Origin: an uncultured virus (IMG/VR IMGVR_UViG_3300020125_000260)
Lineage: Duplodnaviria; Heunggongvirae; Uroviricota; Caudoviricetes
DNA: 64,000 nucleotides
Reading direction: 5' to 3' (one strand)
Virus record (IMG/VR): IMGVR_UViG_3300020125_000260
Position 1 is the first letter of the stretch. Each line of letters begins with the position of its first letter. The notes beneath the pieces are model-generated. The model saw only the letters and a list, made by a program, of their open reading frames with translations. It was not told the DNA's origin and ran no database searches. The translations under genes and the position numbers were made by a program. Below are positions 9,933-19,285 of this stretch, piece after piece.

Positions 9933-11224
9933 CCCCGGCATTCTTCCTCCTTGAACGTATCGTGCGTACGTGGAGTGTTGTAGTAGGTTGCTGGATCGCC
10001 CTGCGGTGGCAGCCCAATGGCCTCGCGCACATCACGTTCTGTCTCGTAACGCAAGCGAGCCAACGTCTCAGAGTCAAGGGTAGGCGTGCTCACGTTAGGC
10101 TGATACTCTCCAGGCTTACCCCGATAGAAATATTCCTGCTGGTCATAGTGAAGCGAGAAGTCAATCTGGTAACGCTCCTTATGATCCACCATTGGTGTGC
10201 CAATATACGGGGTTGTGAGTGATATATTCAGTTCCTCGGGCGCATTGTCGATCAGCCATTTCTTCGTAGCGGCAATCGTCTCTAGTGTCTCTCCCGGCAG
10301 TCCCACTTGGCAGAATGCCTTGAACCTAATCCCATACTTACGGCATAGTTGCCGCGCTCGCGTGTTATCCGCAACTGTTGATTTCTTGTGGATATTTTTC
10401 AGGATCACGTCGGAGCCACTCTCTACGCCAGTACACAGCTCCCAGCAGCCCGACGCTGCAAACACTCGGGCCTGATCCTCGTCGAATAGCTCAGCCTTGA
10501 TGAAGGCCCTCCACTTCACGCCTTCGCCTACCATGGCCTCAGCCAGATCAACGGTGCGCTTCTTTACTATGTTGACTTCGTCCTCGTACAGCATGATCGC
10601 ACCGAAGCCGAGCGTCTTCAGATGGCGTATTTCCTGAATCACATTCTCGATGGCACGGAGGCGCATCTTTCTATAACCGATCCAATGAGAGCAGTAGCAG
10701 CAGTCGAATGGACATCCCCGGCTGGTGATTATACTGGTCGCCTTGATCCCAGCAATGCTGTAATGGTATTCATGAATTGGCAGCAGATGCCTCGCAGGGA
10801 TCGGATACCTGTCCACATCCAATATCCCGCCTGGTGACTGAATCACCCCGCGCTCTCCCGCCACGATCCGCAGTATCGCTTCTTCACCATCACCAACGCA
10901 TACAGCGTCCGCCCCGACGCGACCGCCGTCGGCGGGGACGGTAGAGAAATGCGGTCCGCCGACGGCGATGGGGGTGGATGGATAGGTGGCGCGCAAGTCA
11001 GTGATCAACTTGGGTAGTTGGGGATAGTGTGGCGTGAGGCACATAATCCCAATCACATCAGGGTTGTGCCCGGTCAGCGGAGTGTCGAATGCGAGGTCGA
11101 TCACCGCGGGGCGATGGCCGGCAGATTCCAGCGCGGCGCCGAGGTAGAGTAGGCCCAGCGGGGGGAATGTTTTCGCATCGATTAAAAATGGGCTATTCGG
11201 TGATATCAACAGGACGTTACTCAA
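9929..11224 (-). CDS. B12-binding radical SAM enzyme (class B methyltransferase-like)
   Basis: PPLGLLYL, VGGPH, GDGE cobalamin-domain motifs; TSRGCPFDCCYC CxxxCxxC; GVESGS; GLPGET; TTG start inferred. Confidence 0.9.
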   Translation of the reverse strand: MSNVLLISPNSPFLIDAKTFPPLGLLYLGAALESAGHRPAVIDLAFDTPLTGHNPDVIGIMCLTPHYPQLPKLITDLRATYPSTPIAVGGPHFSTVPADGGRVGADAVCVGDGEEAILRIVAGERGVIQSPGGILDVDRYPIPARHLLPIHEYHYSIAGIKATSIITSRGCPFDCCYCSHWIGYRKMRLRAIENVIQEIRHLKTLGFGAIMLYEDEVNIVKKRTVDLAEAMVGEGVKWRAFIKAELFDEDQARVFAASGCWELCTGVESGSDVILKNIHKKSTVADNTRARQLCRKYGIRFKAFCQVGLPGETLETIAATKKWLIDNAPEELNISLTTPYIGTPMVDHKERYQIDFSLHYDQQEYFYRGKPGEYQPNVSTPTLDSETLARLRYETERDVREAIGLPPQGDPATYYNTPRTHDTFKEEECRG

Positions 11225-11903
11225 GAAGCACCCCCTGTGGGATGTCCTGACTATACAACGTCGCCGCACCGGGGCACGGTTTGCCATCTGAGCTGGTGAC
11301 TCCGCAGTTGATCACCACCGCCGGTTCCAACACTCCCACACGACCGCCCACTTTGCGAATCCGCTGCGAGTAGTTCCAGTCTTCGGAGCCGTTCACCCTC
11401 GCCGCCGGGTCGAACTGGCCCAGCGCGTCCCATGTGCTCCAGTCCATCAGCCAGGAGAGCAAGCCGAGGGCTTCGACCTCATACCCAGCACCAGCAAATT
11501 GCGCGCCTCGCTGTTGGAACGGGTGACAATATCCACCGATAGCCATGAACTTATCCTGTCTGGCTATAGCCCAAGTCATTAGTAGCGTCTCATCCCACCC
11601 CGGTAGGAAGTAACAATCATTGTCACAAAGGTATAGATGGTCACCCCTCCCCCACTGCTCCGACTTCTTGATCCCGATGTTCCTCGCCAGGCCCGGCCCC
11701 AGCTTCGCGATGCGGCTATGCACTACGCGGATCGTCTGCGGGTACTGCTCCGCATACTCGTCCAGCATGTCGGCGGTCTCGGCTGCGGAGTAGTCGTCTA
11801 CAATCAGCAGGCGGTAGCTGGTGGAGGTGTGGCGCATGAACGAGGTGATGGCCTGCTCGGTCAGGCGGGGGCGGTTGTGGGCCAGCATCACACAGTTAAT
11901 CAT
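11217..11903 (-). CDS. Glycosyltransferase family 2
   Basis: LAHNRP, LIVDDYS, GPGLARNIG, LCDND, SEDWNY. Confidence 0.88.
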   Translation of the reverse strand: MINCVMLAHNRPRLTEQAITSFMRHTSTSYRLLIVDDYSAAETADMLDEYAEQYPQTIRVVHSRIAKLGPGLARNIGIKKSEQWGRGDHLYLCDNDCYFLPGWDETLLMTWAIARQDKFMAIGGYCHPFQQRGAQFAGAGYEVEALGLLSWLMDWSTWDALGQFDPAARVNGSEDWNYSQRIRKVGGRVGVLEPAVVINCGVTSSDGKPCPGAATLYSQDIPQGVLLE

Positions 11904-12831
11904 GCGCTGCTGCCTCCACGCGTACACTAAGGTGATCCTCTACAATCTCCGCGAGGCCAATGCGTGGCTCCCAGCCGAGGGCTTGAAATGCAGAATGGTC
12001 GTCCATGCTTATATTGCGCTCAGGAGTGTCCCGCCAAGTAGGATTGTTGAGCACCTCTCGACCATCTGAGTTCCACACGACTTCAATCTGATTAGGTGCG
12101 GTAATTACACGTTTGCGAAACATCTGTACCAACTTCCCAATAGTGATTCTGTTGTCGGGATTGAACACGCTCCACAGCCTCCGCTCCGGCCAGCGTTCCA
12201 CCAGTAGCACGACGAACCTCGCGAAGTCGCTCACATGGGTGAAATGCCGCACCTGCTCACCCATGCCGAACACGGTCAGCGGCTCACCCGCTAGCACCGC
12301 GTCCCGGAACCTCGCCATCACAAAGCCGCCGTCCGCGCGCTGGAGCCTGCCGGTCACGTTGTACGGGCGAATCACCCTCGCATCCACCATGGGATGCCCC
12401 AGCACCATCGCCTCGGAGGTCAGCTTCCCGAGAGAATACTGCGCCCGGATGTCGGTCTCGCCGCGATAGGTCAGCACCTCGCTCGACGAGAAGGTGATAA
12501 GCCTCGCACCAGTACGGGCTGCGAGGTCGAGCACCGCCTGCGTATCAGAGATAATCTGCCACGCGACCTGCGCCTCGGGCGTGAGCCGGGCGTGGCCGAC
12601 CGGAGAGGCGCAGTGGATGATGAGGTCGATGTGGCGATTTTCAAGAGCTATTTCAAACAGACCCAACTGAGTCACACGACAGGTGAACATCGGCATCGCA
12701 GGCAGATCATGTGGATCAACACAGTTATGTGATAGATCATCGTTACCAATAATTACATGACCGCCGATAGCGAGTTGCCTGGCGATTTCACTGCCGATCA
12801 GACCGCAGACTCCGGTGATTAGGATTCTCAT
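11896..12831 (-). CDS. NAD-dependent epimerase/dehydratase (extended SDR)
   Basis: ITGVCGLIG, FSSSEV, YSLGK (YxxxK), RPYNVTG, QVRHFTHVSD, LGWEP. Confidence 0.9.
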   Translation of the reverse strand: MRILITGVCGLIGSEIARQLAIGGHVIIGNDDLSHNCVDPHDLPAMPMFTCRVTQLGLFEIALENRHIDLIIHCASPVGHARLTPEAQVAWQIISDTQAVLDLAARTGARLITFSSSEVLTYRGETDIRAQYSLGKLTSEAMVLGHPMVDARVIRPYNVTGRLQRADGGFVMARFRDAVLAGEPLTVFGMGEQVRHFTHVSDFARFVVLLVERWPERRLWSVFNPDNRITIGKLVQMFRKRVITAPNQIEVVWNSDGREVLNNPTWRDTPERNISMDDHSAFQALGWEPRIGLAEIVEDHLSVRVEAAAHD

Positions 12832-13568
12832 TTGCACCTCCATGGCAGCACTCCGCGACCCATCTCATAGATCACCCGATGCGATTCCTCATGCACTTGG
12901 GCGTCGGTCTTACCCAGATGTTTCACCGACCACTCCTGATACGCTGGCAGGTTCGCGGTCTGGCCCGAGTAGTGTTGGCAATCTATCCCTACCAGCCGAA
13001 CGCTATGTCCTAGCTTGTGCGCCATGATGCAGGCCCAATAGTCATAACAATGAAACGGCAACTGCGCTACAGGCCATCCTCCAGCACGATCAAGAAGACT
13101 ACGCCTAACAACAAGAGCGAAGCCATCCAGAACAGAAACCTCTCGCGACCCTTCAAACCTTTCCCCATGACTCTCGGCGTCGGCAGTATTAGATAGATAA
13201 TCAAGACGGCGCAACTGAATAAGCCGATAAGGTGTCTTGTAGATGTCATCTTCTCCATGTCCTTTCGCGCCGCCGAAGCCCACCACTCCCACCTTCGGAT
13301 CGTCGAACTCCCGCAGCACGCGCGCGTCCCACCCCGGCTCGAAGATTTCACAATCGCTGTGAAGGAACGCTATCACCGGAGCAGTGGTGTGTTCGTAGAG
13401 CCATTGCAGGGAGCCAGTGACGCCTAGATTGTCGTCGGTGGTGTTCCTGCGAAATAATACTTCATTGTCCTGAGCGACTATGCTTGTGTGCGAGTTAACG
13501 CTACGCTGTATGACTTCAGACATTGGTACTAGAACACTTGTTGTTATAGCCAGTTGATGCGTGCTCAT
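12828..13568 (-). CDS. Glycosyltransferase family 2-like
   Basis: FLHSD, VGVVGFGG, VLDGFAL, FHCYD. Confidence 0.75.
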   Translation of the reverse strand: MSTHQLAITTSVLVPMSEVIQRSVNSHTSIVAQDNEVLFRRNTTDDNLGVTGSLQWLYEHTTAPVIAFLHSDCEIFEPGWDARVLREFDDPKVGVVGFGGAKGHGEDDIYKTPYRLIQLRRLDYLSNTADAESHGERFEGSREVSVLDGFALVVRRSLLDRAGGWPVAQLPFHCYDYWACIMAHKLGHSVRLVGIDCQHYSGQTANLPAYQEWSVKHLGKTDAQVHEESHRVIYEMGRGVLPWRCK

Positions 13569-14788
13569 AATCCATCCTCGAACCATTTCTCAAAGAGCGG
13601 CCAGAGGCCATTCCATGAAAGGTGCGCGACCGACGCTCGCAGGGCCTCGCGGTCTAACGGCACTAACTCCGTTAAATGTCTATTTGCGGCATCAACCCAA
13701 GATATCGGGCTGAACACTGGACGAAGTTGATTATGTAGACCATCAATACGCCACGACTCGGCAGGCACAAGATAATCATTCGCATGCCACGCATTGTCGG
13801 GCATACACTGCCGCAACACGTCCGCTCCACCCGCATAGTCCCCATGCAGCACCGGAGTCCCGCTCGCCAGACTCTCAAATATCGGATACCCGAATCCCTC
13901 CCCCAGCCCCGGATGCAGCGTCAGATCACTCGCTGCGTAGTGCCATGACAGCTCCTCCTGCGAGAGATCCATCGTCACCTTGGTTACTCCCGCGAGGCCG
14001 AAGTCGTAGAGCAGCGCGGGGATCGACCAGTGGCGTTCCAGCAGGTCGGTATGCCACCACAGTCGAAGCTCTCGATCCTTAGCGACCAGTTGCTGGCAGA
14101 CACTGGCCACGAGACCCCAGTCCTTGCGTGGCTGGTTCGTGCCGATGGCCCCGACCAGTTTCTGGCCCTCGTGCAGGAAGGGATATAATCGGGACTTCGC
14201 CTCGTCACGGTCGCGTAGTGGCCAGCGGGCGAGGTCTAAGCCATGAGGCAACCATGTGAGGTTGCGCCGGTCGCACTCCGCGTCACCCAGCGAGCGGCGA
14301 ATCACTCCCTCCGCCCACTTCGTATAGGCCAGCAGGCGTCGGTAGCCTCGCAGTGAGTCCGCAGCCATCGCACTCAGCCGATCCTGCGGCCCGGTAGCAT
14401 CGAGCGTCACGTATCCCCACAGGTCGAAGTGACCCTCCGAGATGAACTGCGCCGTCTCGGGGAACGTCCCGGCGAGGAGGTCGGGGCGCGACAGCCAGAG
14501 GCAGCGGGTTGGGTCCCAGATCGTGAACACCACCCCGCGCTCCTTCCCGGCGAAGTCCCTCCAGACCTTCGGGAGGTCAGCTTGCGCCCAGTCGTTCCCC
14601 GGGAGCGACCGGATGCAATACTGCGGGAACGGCAGATGCCGGCTGCCCACCGCGCCACGGCCCAGTGTGGCCACGCGGAACCGCGGATTGCGTGAGAGCT
14701 GCCCGGCGATGTCGCGGGTGATGCGGGAGAGACCACCGGCGGTATCGGGAGAGTCGCCGAGGATCAGGATTGGAGTGGGACGGCTCAT
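13565..14788 (-). CDS. Glycosyltransferase family 4 (GT-B)
   Basis: GDSP...GGL, LPHGLD, NQPRKD, GEGFGYPIFESLASGTP. Confidence 0.88.
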   Translation of the reverse strand: MSRPTPILILGDSPDTAGGLSRITRDIAGQLSRNPRFRVATLGRGAVGSRHLPFPQYCIRSLPGNDWAQADLPKVWRDFAGKERGVVFTIWDPTRCLWLSRPDLLAGTFPETAQFISEGHFDLWGYVTLDATGPQDRLSAMAADSLRGYRRLLAYTKWAEGVIRRSLGDAECDRRNLTWLPHGLDLARWPLRDRDEAKSRLYPFLHEGQKLVGAIGTNQPRKDWGLVASVCQQLVAKDRELRLWWHTDLLERHWSIPALLYDFGLAGVTKVTMDLSQEELSWHYAASDLTLHPGLGEGFGYPIFESLASGTPVLHGDYAGGADVLRQCMPDNAWHANDYLVPAESWRIDGLHNQLRPVFSPISWVDAANRHLTELVPLDREALRASVAHLSWNGLWPLFEKWFEDGL

Positions 14789-15030
14789 TCATCTTCTCCA
14801 ACGCACTTAACTAGTGCGTCATAGGTAGCCCAATCCATCCGCGTGCAACCGATTTGCACCCAGTTGCGGGATTTAACAATGCACAAAGCTTCCTGATGGA
14901 TCATTTCGTCAAGTACGAATACCTGTTCCACCAAGGCTCCATCGACCAGCGCGAACCTAACCTTGCGCACGCGAGCAGGCTGCTCTCCCGCTATGCTTAT
15001 ACCCCTAAGTCCCATTGGTGGTGCTGACAT
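14785..15030 (-). CDS. Hypothetical protein
   Basis: ORF with GAGG RBS, coupled to the downstream GT. Confidence 0.5.
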   Translation of the reverse strand: MSAPPMGLRGISIAGEQPARVRKVRFALVDGALVEQVFVLDEMIHQEALCIVKSRNWVQIGCTRMDWATYDALVKCVGEDE

Positions 15031-15085
15031 AATGACCTCTCAGTTGGTGGAGCCGACCTTCGCCAGCTCCACTGTTATCTACCGC

Positions 15086-15283
15086 CTAAAACTGCTGTTC
15101 CAGCCGCATCCCCTCGACCTGTCCCAGCGTGACCGGCGATCCCGTCACCTTCTTGTACGCGGCAATCGCGGCCTCTACGTCTTGGATTATATCGACCGGC
15201 GTGTCGCTCTTGAGTTTCAGTGCTGCCAGCAGCAGCTCCAGCCCAGCCAGCCCCGTATTCAACGCATCGAGTAGGTTCATCAC
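15086..15283 (-). CDS. Small helical hypothetical protein
   Basis: Coupled to the lipoprotein gene. Confidence 0.5.
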   Translation of the reverse strand: MMNLLDALNTGLAGLELLLAALKLKSDTPVDIIQDVEAAIAAYKKVTGSPVTLGQVEGMRLEQQF

Positions 15284-15687
15284 TTCACCAGTCCTTTCAC
15301 GTCGGTGATAATGCTCGACAGGTTCGACAACGCCGACTTGAGTGCGTCTGCTGCGTTCGCCACGGGTTTGCAGGTCGAGTCCAGCGGGTCACTCTTACCA
15401 AAGGCGCAGTAGGTTTTCAGCGCGTCGATGGCGACGTTCTGCGCGGCCACGCCCTTATGGATGGTCACGCATGCGGCACCGGTCGGTGCAGCTACGCACT
15501 GGTCGTGATACTGTGTCTGCGCGCTGGACAGAAAGCCGGTCGCGGCGGCGATACCATCCCGCGCGCGCTGTTCGAGCGTTACGGGCGTAGGGGCCGGGGC
15601 ACCGGACGGCGGTTGATGCTGGCAGCCGGCGGTGAGCGCCAGCAGCAGCACGATGAGTGGTAATAGTTTACGTTTAGTGATTTTCAT
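15280..15687 (-). CDS. Lipoprotein
   Basis: MKITKRK + hydrophobic stretch + lipobox LTAG-C; four further Cys. Confidence 0.7.
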   Translation of the reverse strand: MKITKRKLLPLIVLLLALTAGCQHQPPSGAPAPTPVTLEQRARDGIAAATGFLSSAQTQYHDQCVAAPTGAACVTIHKGVAAQNVAIDALKTYCAFGKSDPLDSTCKPVANAADALKSALSNLSSIITDVKGLVK

Positions 15688-15821
15688 TCTCTGGTTTCTC
15701 CTCTTGTATGACTTCGACAGTTGTGATCCACGGCCCTGGTGCTACTCCAATCTCTGGGTACTCGCGTCTCGCCGCACAATCATTGCAGTATTGCCACCCC
15801 GACTGCGGCCACGTGACGTTG

Positions 15822-16130
15822 TTATGCTGGCAGGGCATCAGCGACTGGCTCCAGATCATCGCCCAACCTGATCGCGTCCATGTTCAGGCCCACGCGGTAG
15901 CCCTCGATGAACACCGTTACCCTCGGCCCCATCCATTCACTCAGGTAGGTGGACTTTATTCGTGCGGTCTGGCCCGTGAGCGGCTTTCGGCTGCGACCAT
16001 AGGGCTGGCCATTGTAGTTGCTGACAATTGTCACCTGTTGATCCTTTAGCAGCCAGTCGATCTCGGCCTTCAGCACACGAATGGCTTCGAGACGCTTTTC
16101 AACTTCTGCTCTTGTGTGACCGTCGTTCAT
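15822..16130 (-). CDS. Hypothetical protein
   Basis: GGAGG RBS, ATGA overlap with polymerase stop. Confidence 0.5.
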   Translation of the reverse strand: MNDGHTRAEVEKRLEAIRVLKAEIDWLLKDQQVTIVSNYNGQPYGRSRKPLTGQTARIKSTYLSEWMGPRVTVFIEGYRVGLNMDAIRLGDDLEPVADALPA

Positions 16131-19100
16131 ATAGCTACCTCCTGAGTGGCCTGGTTCCCTGCTGCCATTGTAGCCAGCGGTGTCAATGTTGACGGGAGAG
16201 TTACCTCCTGCATCTGGTTCCAACGCTTGCCTTGCGACGCCTCGACTCCCAGCCAGAGTCCCGGCATGACTTTCGACGGGGCCATCATCACCGGAACCAC
16301 TTCTCGAATCGCATCCTCAGCCAACTCCTCGCGGTGATGCAGCATAAGGGAATCATGTACCATATTAAAAAGTCCGAACTTATCGTCCAACCCCTGACGA
16401 TACAGTTCCTTCATCACCTCCCGCATGTGAGCGTGCGCCGTGTTGGCCAACCGATAGGCGATTGCTTCCTCCGACTGGTCTCCGTGATCCCACCCCGGCC
16501 CGCCCTTCATTTTGTTGTTCCATACCTTGGCCTCGTAGAACCTACGCATGTGACCGAAGGGCGTTCCCAGCTTTTGCTTGTGATGAGCTTCCATCACCTG
16601 TTCGTCCTGATACTTGAACACCTTATCAAATAACATCTCGCACACCGATAACACATCTGCCGCTACCTGCATGCCAGTTTGCATTCCGCGAACAAGGTTG
16701 TTGCTACACATAGGGCAAAGTTTCAACCCGCGAATCCCCGGAACCTTTGTCGTGCCTTTGCACTCGGGACACTGACGCGGCGGGAATTGCTCCATGTAAC
16801 GCTCGTATAGCCCCTTAGCCTTAAGACCATTTCCGATTCCGAGGATCGCATGCTTCGCCTGATCGTCACGTATGCGCTTGCGCTCCGGGTCGGACTTCAA
16901 CCATTTGAATCGTGCTAGAAGCTGCTCATCGGATTCCTTGAGTATCTCGCGTACGTCCCAGAGCTGGAGGAAATGGCCTGCGACGGCTGAATGAATGTCC
17001 AACCTCCCGAGGCGCGTGTAGTTATCGTCGCCTGCTAATAGGCCAAGTGTGATGACGTGGCAGGATTTAAAATCTACCTCTGTTAGAATGTAGCCCTCGT
17101 CCGCGCAGATCATTCCCCGGATGGCCTTGGCTAGCGCGGGCGTGGGCTTCAACTTCGGGAAGTTGGTCGTGTTGGGGTTGCGCGCGCTGAGTTGCGCTAT
17201 CGCAGTTTGGAAAGTGAACGTGGTATGCACTCTGCCATCCGCCCCTGGCTTGAACCCGTCGATGTAGGTCCCTCGGAGCTTCGTTAGGCCGCGATAATTT
17301 ATTACATCGTTATAGAACCTATCGCCGGTCTTCACCGCCAGGCGCTGGAGTTCCTTCGCTGCGGTGGTGTCCTTCTGGTTGCCCTCGTCGTCTTCCTCTT
17401 TAGATTTAGGAACCTTATGACCCTTGGCCTTCATGTACTCGATGAGCATGTTCCGGGAGTTGGGATTGAACTCGGGGATGTAGCACCAGCGTATGGCGCG
17501 AATGGTGACGGTATTGAGGTCTATATCCGCCGTGACCTCATCTACTTCGCGCTGGCCATAGCGATACCACTTCCCGGCCTTGATCCTGCCGTCTTCCTGC
17601 GGCTTGCCGCATTTCCCACAGGTGAGAGCGTCCATCTTGTTCTCACGGCTACATTTACACTTCCACTTGTCAGGTTCCTTGAACAGCCGGCTCCATTCTG
17701 ACTCGGGGAGCTTCTTCAATTCCGGGGGGAATGTCTTGTAGGGGTCCAGCTTCTTCGCTGACTCGGGGAATAACGGCATCAACTTCTCTGCGATCTCCAC
17801 TGCCGCCAGCCGGAACTCCTCACCGAGCGCGATGCGCTTGGCGTCGTCGATAGGCACCCCGCGATCCTCCATCGCGGCCAGCACCGGGCGGACTTCCCGC
17901 TCCTGTCCGGTGTAGCCGAGGGTCAGGGAGTAGGCGTCGCCTTCGCCCCAGAGGTTGTCCTTCTTCAACACCTGAGTCAGATACTCGCCCAGTTGCAGAT
18001 CGCTATCCACATCACAGCAACCATAGAACGGTTCGTGCTCCAGCGTGTGCATATGCTTCCACGGGAAGGGGAAGTTTATGAACGAGCACGCGAATTGCAG
18101 ATGCGCCGGGAGATCGGGCTGCCAGTGGTGAAACATGTCCAAGGTGTCATATACACGCTCGCGGGGCTGATATACCCACCCGTCGCGCGCCGAGGCTGCA
18201 CGGAGCACCTTGTGGTCGAAGTTGTCCCACTGGTGGCCGTACATCTTGTTGCGAAGGTGCAGGATATCTATCGCTACCGAGCGAAACGGCTCCTCGAACG
18301 GCACCGCGATCCCGGTGTATTTCTGGTAGCTGAATTGAATCTGGCGGATGTGAGTGTCGGAGAACCCCTCGCGAGCGTCCTCATCCATCGATTTGGACTC
18401 AGGAGTTTCTATGTCCGCCGAGAACGGCAGCCCCGAGTTCTCTTTCAGGTAGTAATAGAAGCTCCGCAGGGTGTCAAGGTTGGGCCTAGTGAGATACTGC
18501 AACCTCCCACCCTCAGGTGTGCCCCACGTCGCTGGGTCGCCGGGATCTACACACCACATGTAGCTGCGATCCCTCCCGCTGGCGATGGCCAGCCCCCGCT
18601 GAATGATCCGCGAGAACACGCCCTGGTGCGAGGCTTTGCCGCGGCGGAGGTAGGACGGGTGGAAGTTGGCCAGCACGGGAACGGGTTGATGGGGGTCTTG
18701 CGTGATCTGGCCACACCCCCCACTCCCTGCCGATATCACTTCAACTTGCTGTGTCGGCGTTCGTTGCCCAGACGCAACATTCAATGTTGCACGCGCTTCC
18801 TGACGATATCTCTCACCTAGCGCATTACCTCCCGCCAGCGGCAGGCAGTACCCCGCCAGATGCGTCACCCCTCTGGCCTCGCCCGCCTCCCCGGTCAGCT
18901 CCCTGAGCGCGACTCCGCCGAGCGAGACGATGCAGCGCGGGCGGTAGTCGGCGATGGCCTGATCGAGGTTGGGCCGGCAGTGGCGGAGGGCGGCGTACTC
19001 GAACGGGCTGCCTTCGAGCCAGTTATGTCGTGGCCTGCACCTAACGCAGTTTGTAATCGCAAACTGCTTCCGGTCGAGGCCCATCCTGCGAAGGCAACGC

Positions 19101-19285
19101 TCCAACACCGCGCCGCTGGGGGCATATGGCCTCAGCGGTAGCTGATCTCGCTGCTCCATCTCTCCACTGGCCTCGGCCACCAGCATGGTTCCATTGGCGC
19201 AGGTTCCTTCGACAGCGGAGAAGTCATTGCCGTGGTCGTGCAGGGCGCATCCCACACACGATGATGGCTTCGAACGATGGCTCAC
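16127..19285 (-). CDS. Family A DNA polymerase with N-terminal family-4 uracil-DNA-glycosylase-like domain and 3'-5' exonuclease
   Basis: UDG-like CVGC..AEASG..TNCVRCRP..HPSY; ExoI DIET, ExoII NFD, ExoIII YGCCD; Pol motifs A (DFKSCH), B (AKHAILG) and C (VHDS); GTG start with AGGAG RBS. Confidence 0.92.
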   Translation of the reverse strand: MSHRSKPSSCVGCALHDHGNDFSAVEGTCANGTMLVAEASGEMEQRDQLPLRPYAPSGAVLERCLRRMGLDRKQFAITNCVRCRPRHNWLEGSPFEYAALRHCRPNLDQAIADYRPRCIVSLGGVALRELTGEAGEARGVTHLAGYCLPLAGGNALGERYRQEARATLNVASGQRTPTQQVEVISAGSGGCGQITQDPHQPVPVLANFHPSYLRRGKASHQGVFSRIIQRGLAIASGRDRSYMWCVDPGDPATWGTPEGGRLQYLTRPNLDTLRSFYYYLKENSGLPFSADIETPESKSMDEDAREGFSDTHIRQIQFSYQKYTGIAVPFEEPFRSVAIDILHLRNKMYGHQWDNFDHKVLRAASARDGWVYQPRERVYDTLDMFHHWQPDLPAHLQFACSFINFPFPWKHMHTLEHEPFYGCCDVDSDLQLGEYLTQVLKKDNLWGEGDAYSLTLGYTGQEREVRPVLAAMEDRGVPIDDAKRIALGEEFRLAAVEIAEKLMPLFPESAKKLDPYKTFPPELKKLPESEWSRLFKEPDKWKCKCSRENKMDALTCGKCGKPQEDGRIKAGKWYRYGQREVDEVTADIDLNTVTIRAIRWCYIPEFNPNSRNMLIEYMKAKGHKVPKSKEEDDEGNQKDTTAAKELQRLAVKTGDRFYNDVINYRGLTKLRGTYIDGFKPGADGRVHTTFTFQTAIAQLSARNPNTTNFPKLKPTPALAKAIRGMICADEGYILTEVDFKSCHVITLGLLAGDDNYTRLGRLDIHSAVAGHFLQLWDVREILKESDEQLLARFKWLKSDPERKRIRDDQAKHAILGIGNGLKAKGLYERYMEQFPPRQCPECKGTTKVPGIRGLKLCPMCSNNLVRGMQTGMQVAADVLSVCEMLFDKVFKYQDEQVMEAHHKQKLGTPFGHMRRFYEAKVWNNKMKGGPGWDHGDQSEEAIAYRLANTAHAHMREVMKELYRQGLDDKFGLFNMVHDSLMLHHREELAEDAIREVVPVMMAPSKVMPGLWLGVEASQGKRWNQMQEVTLPSTLTPLATMAAGNQATQEVAI

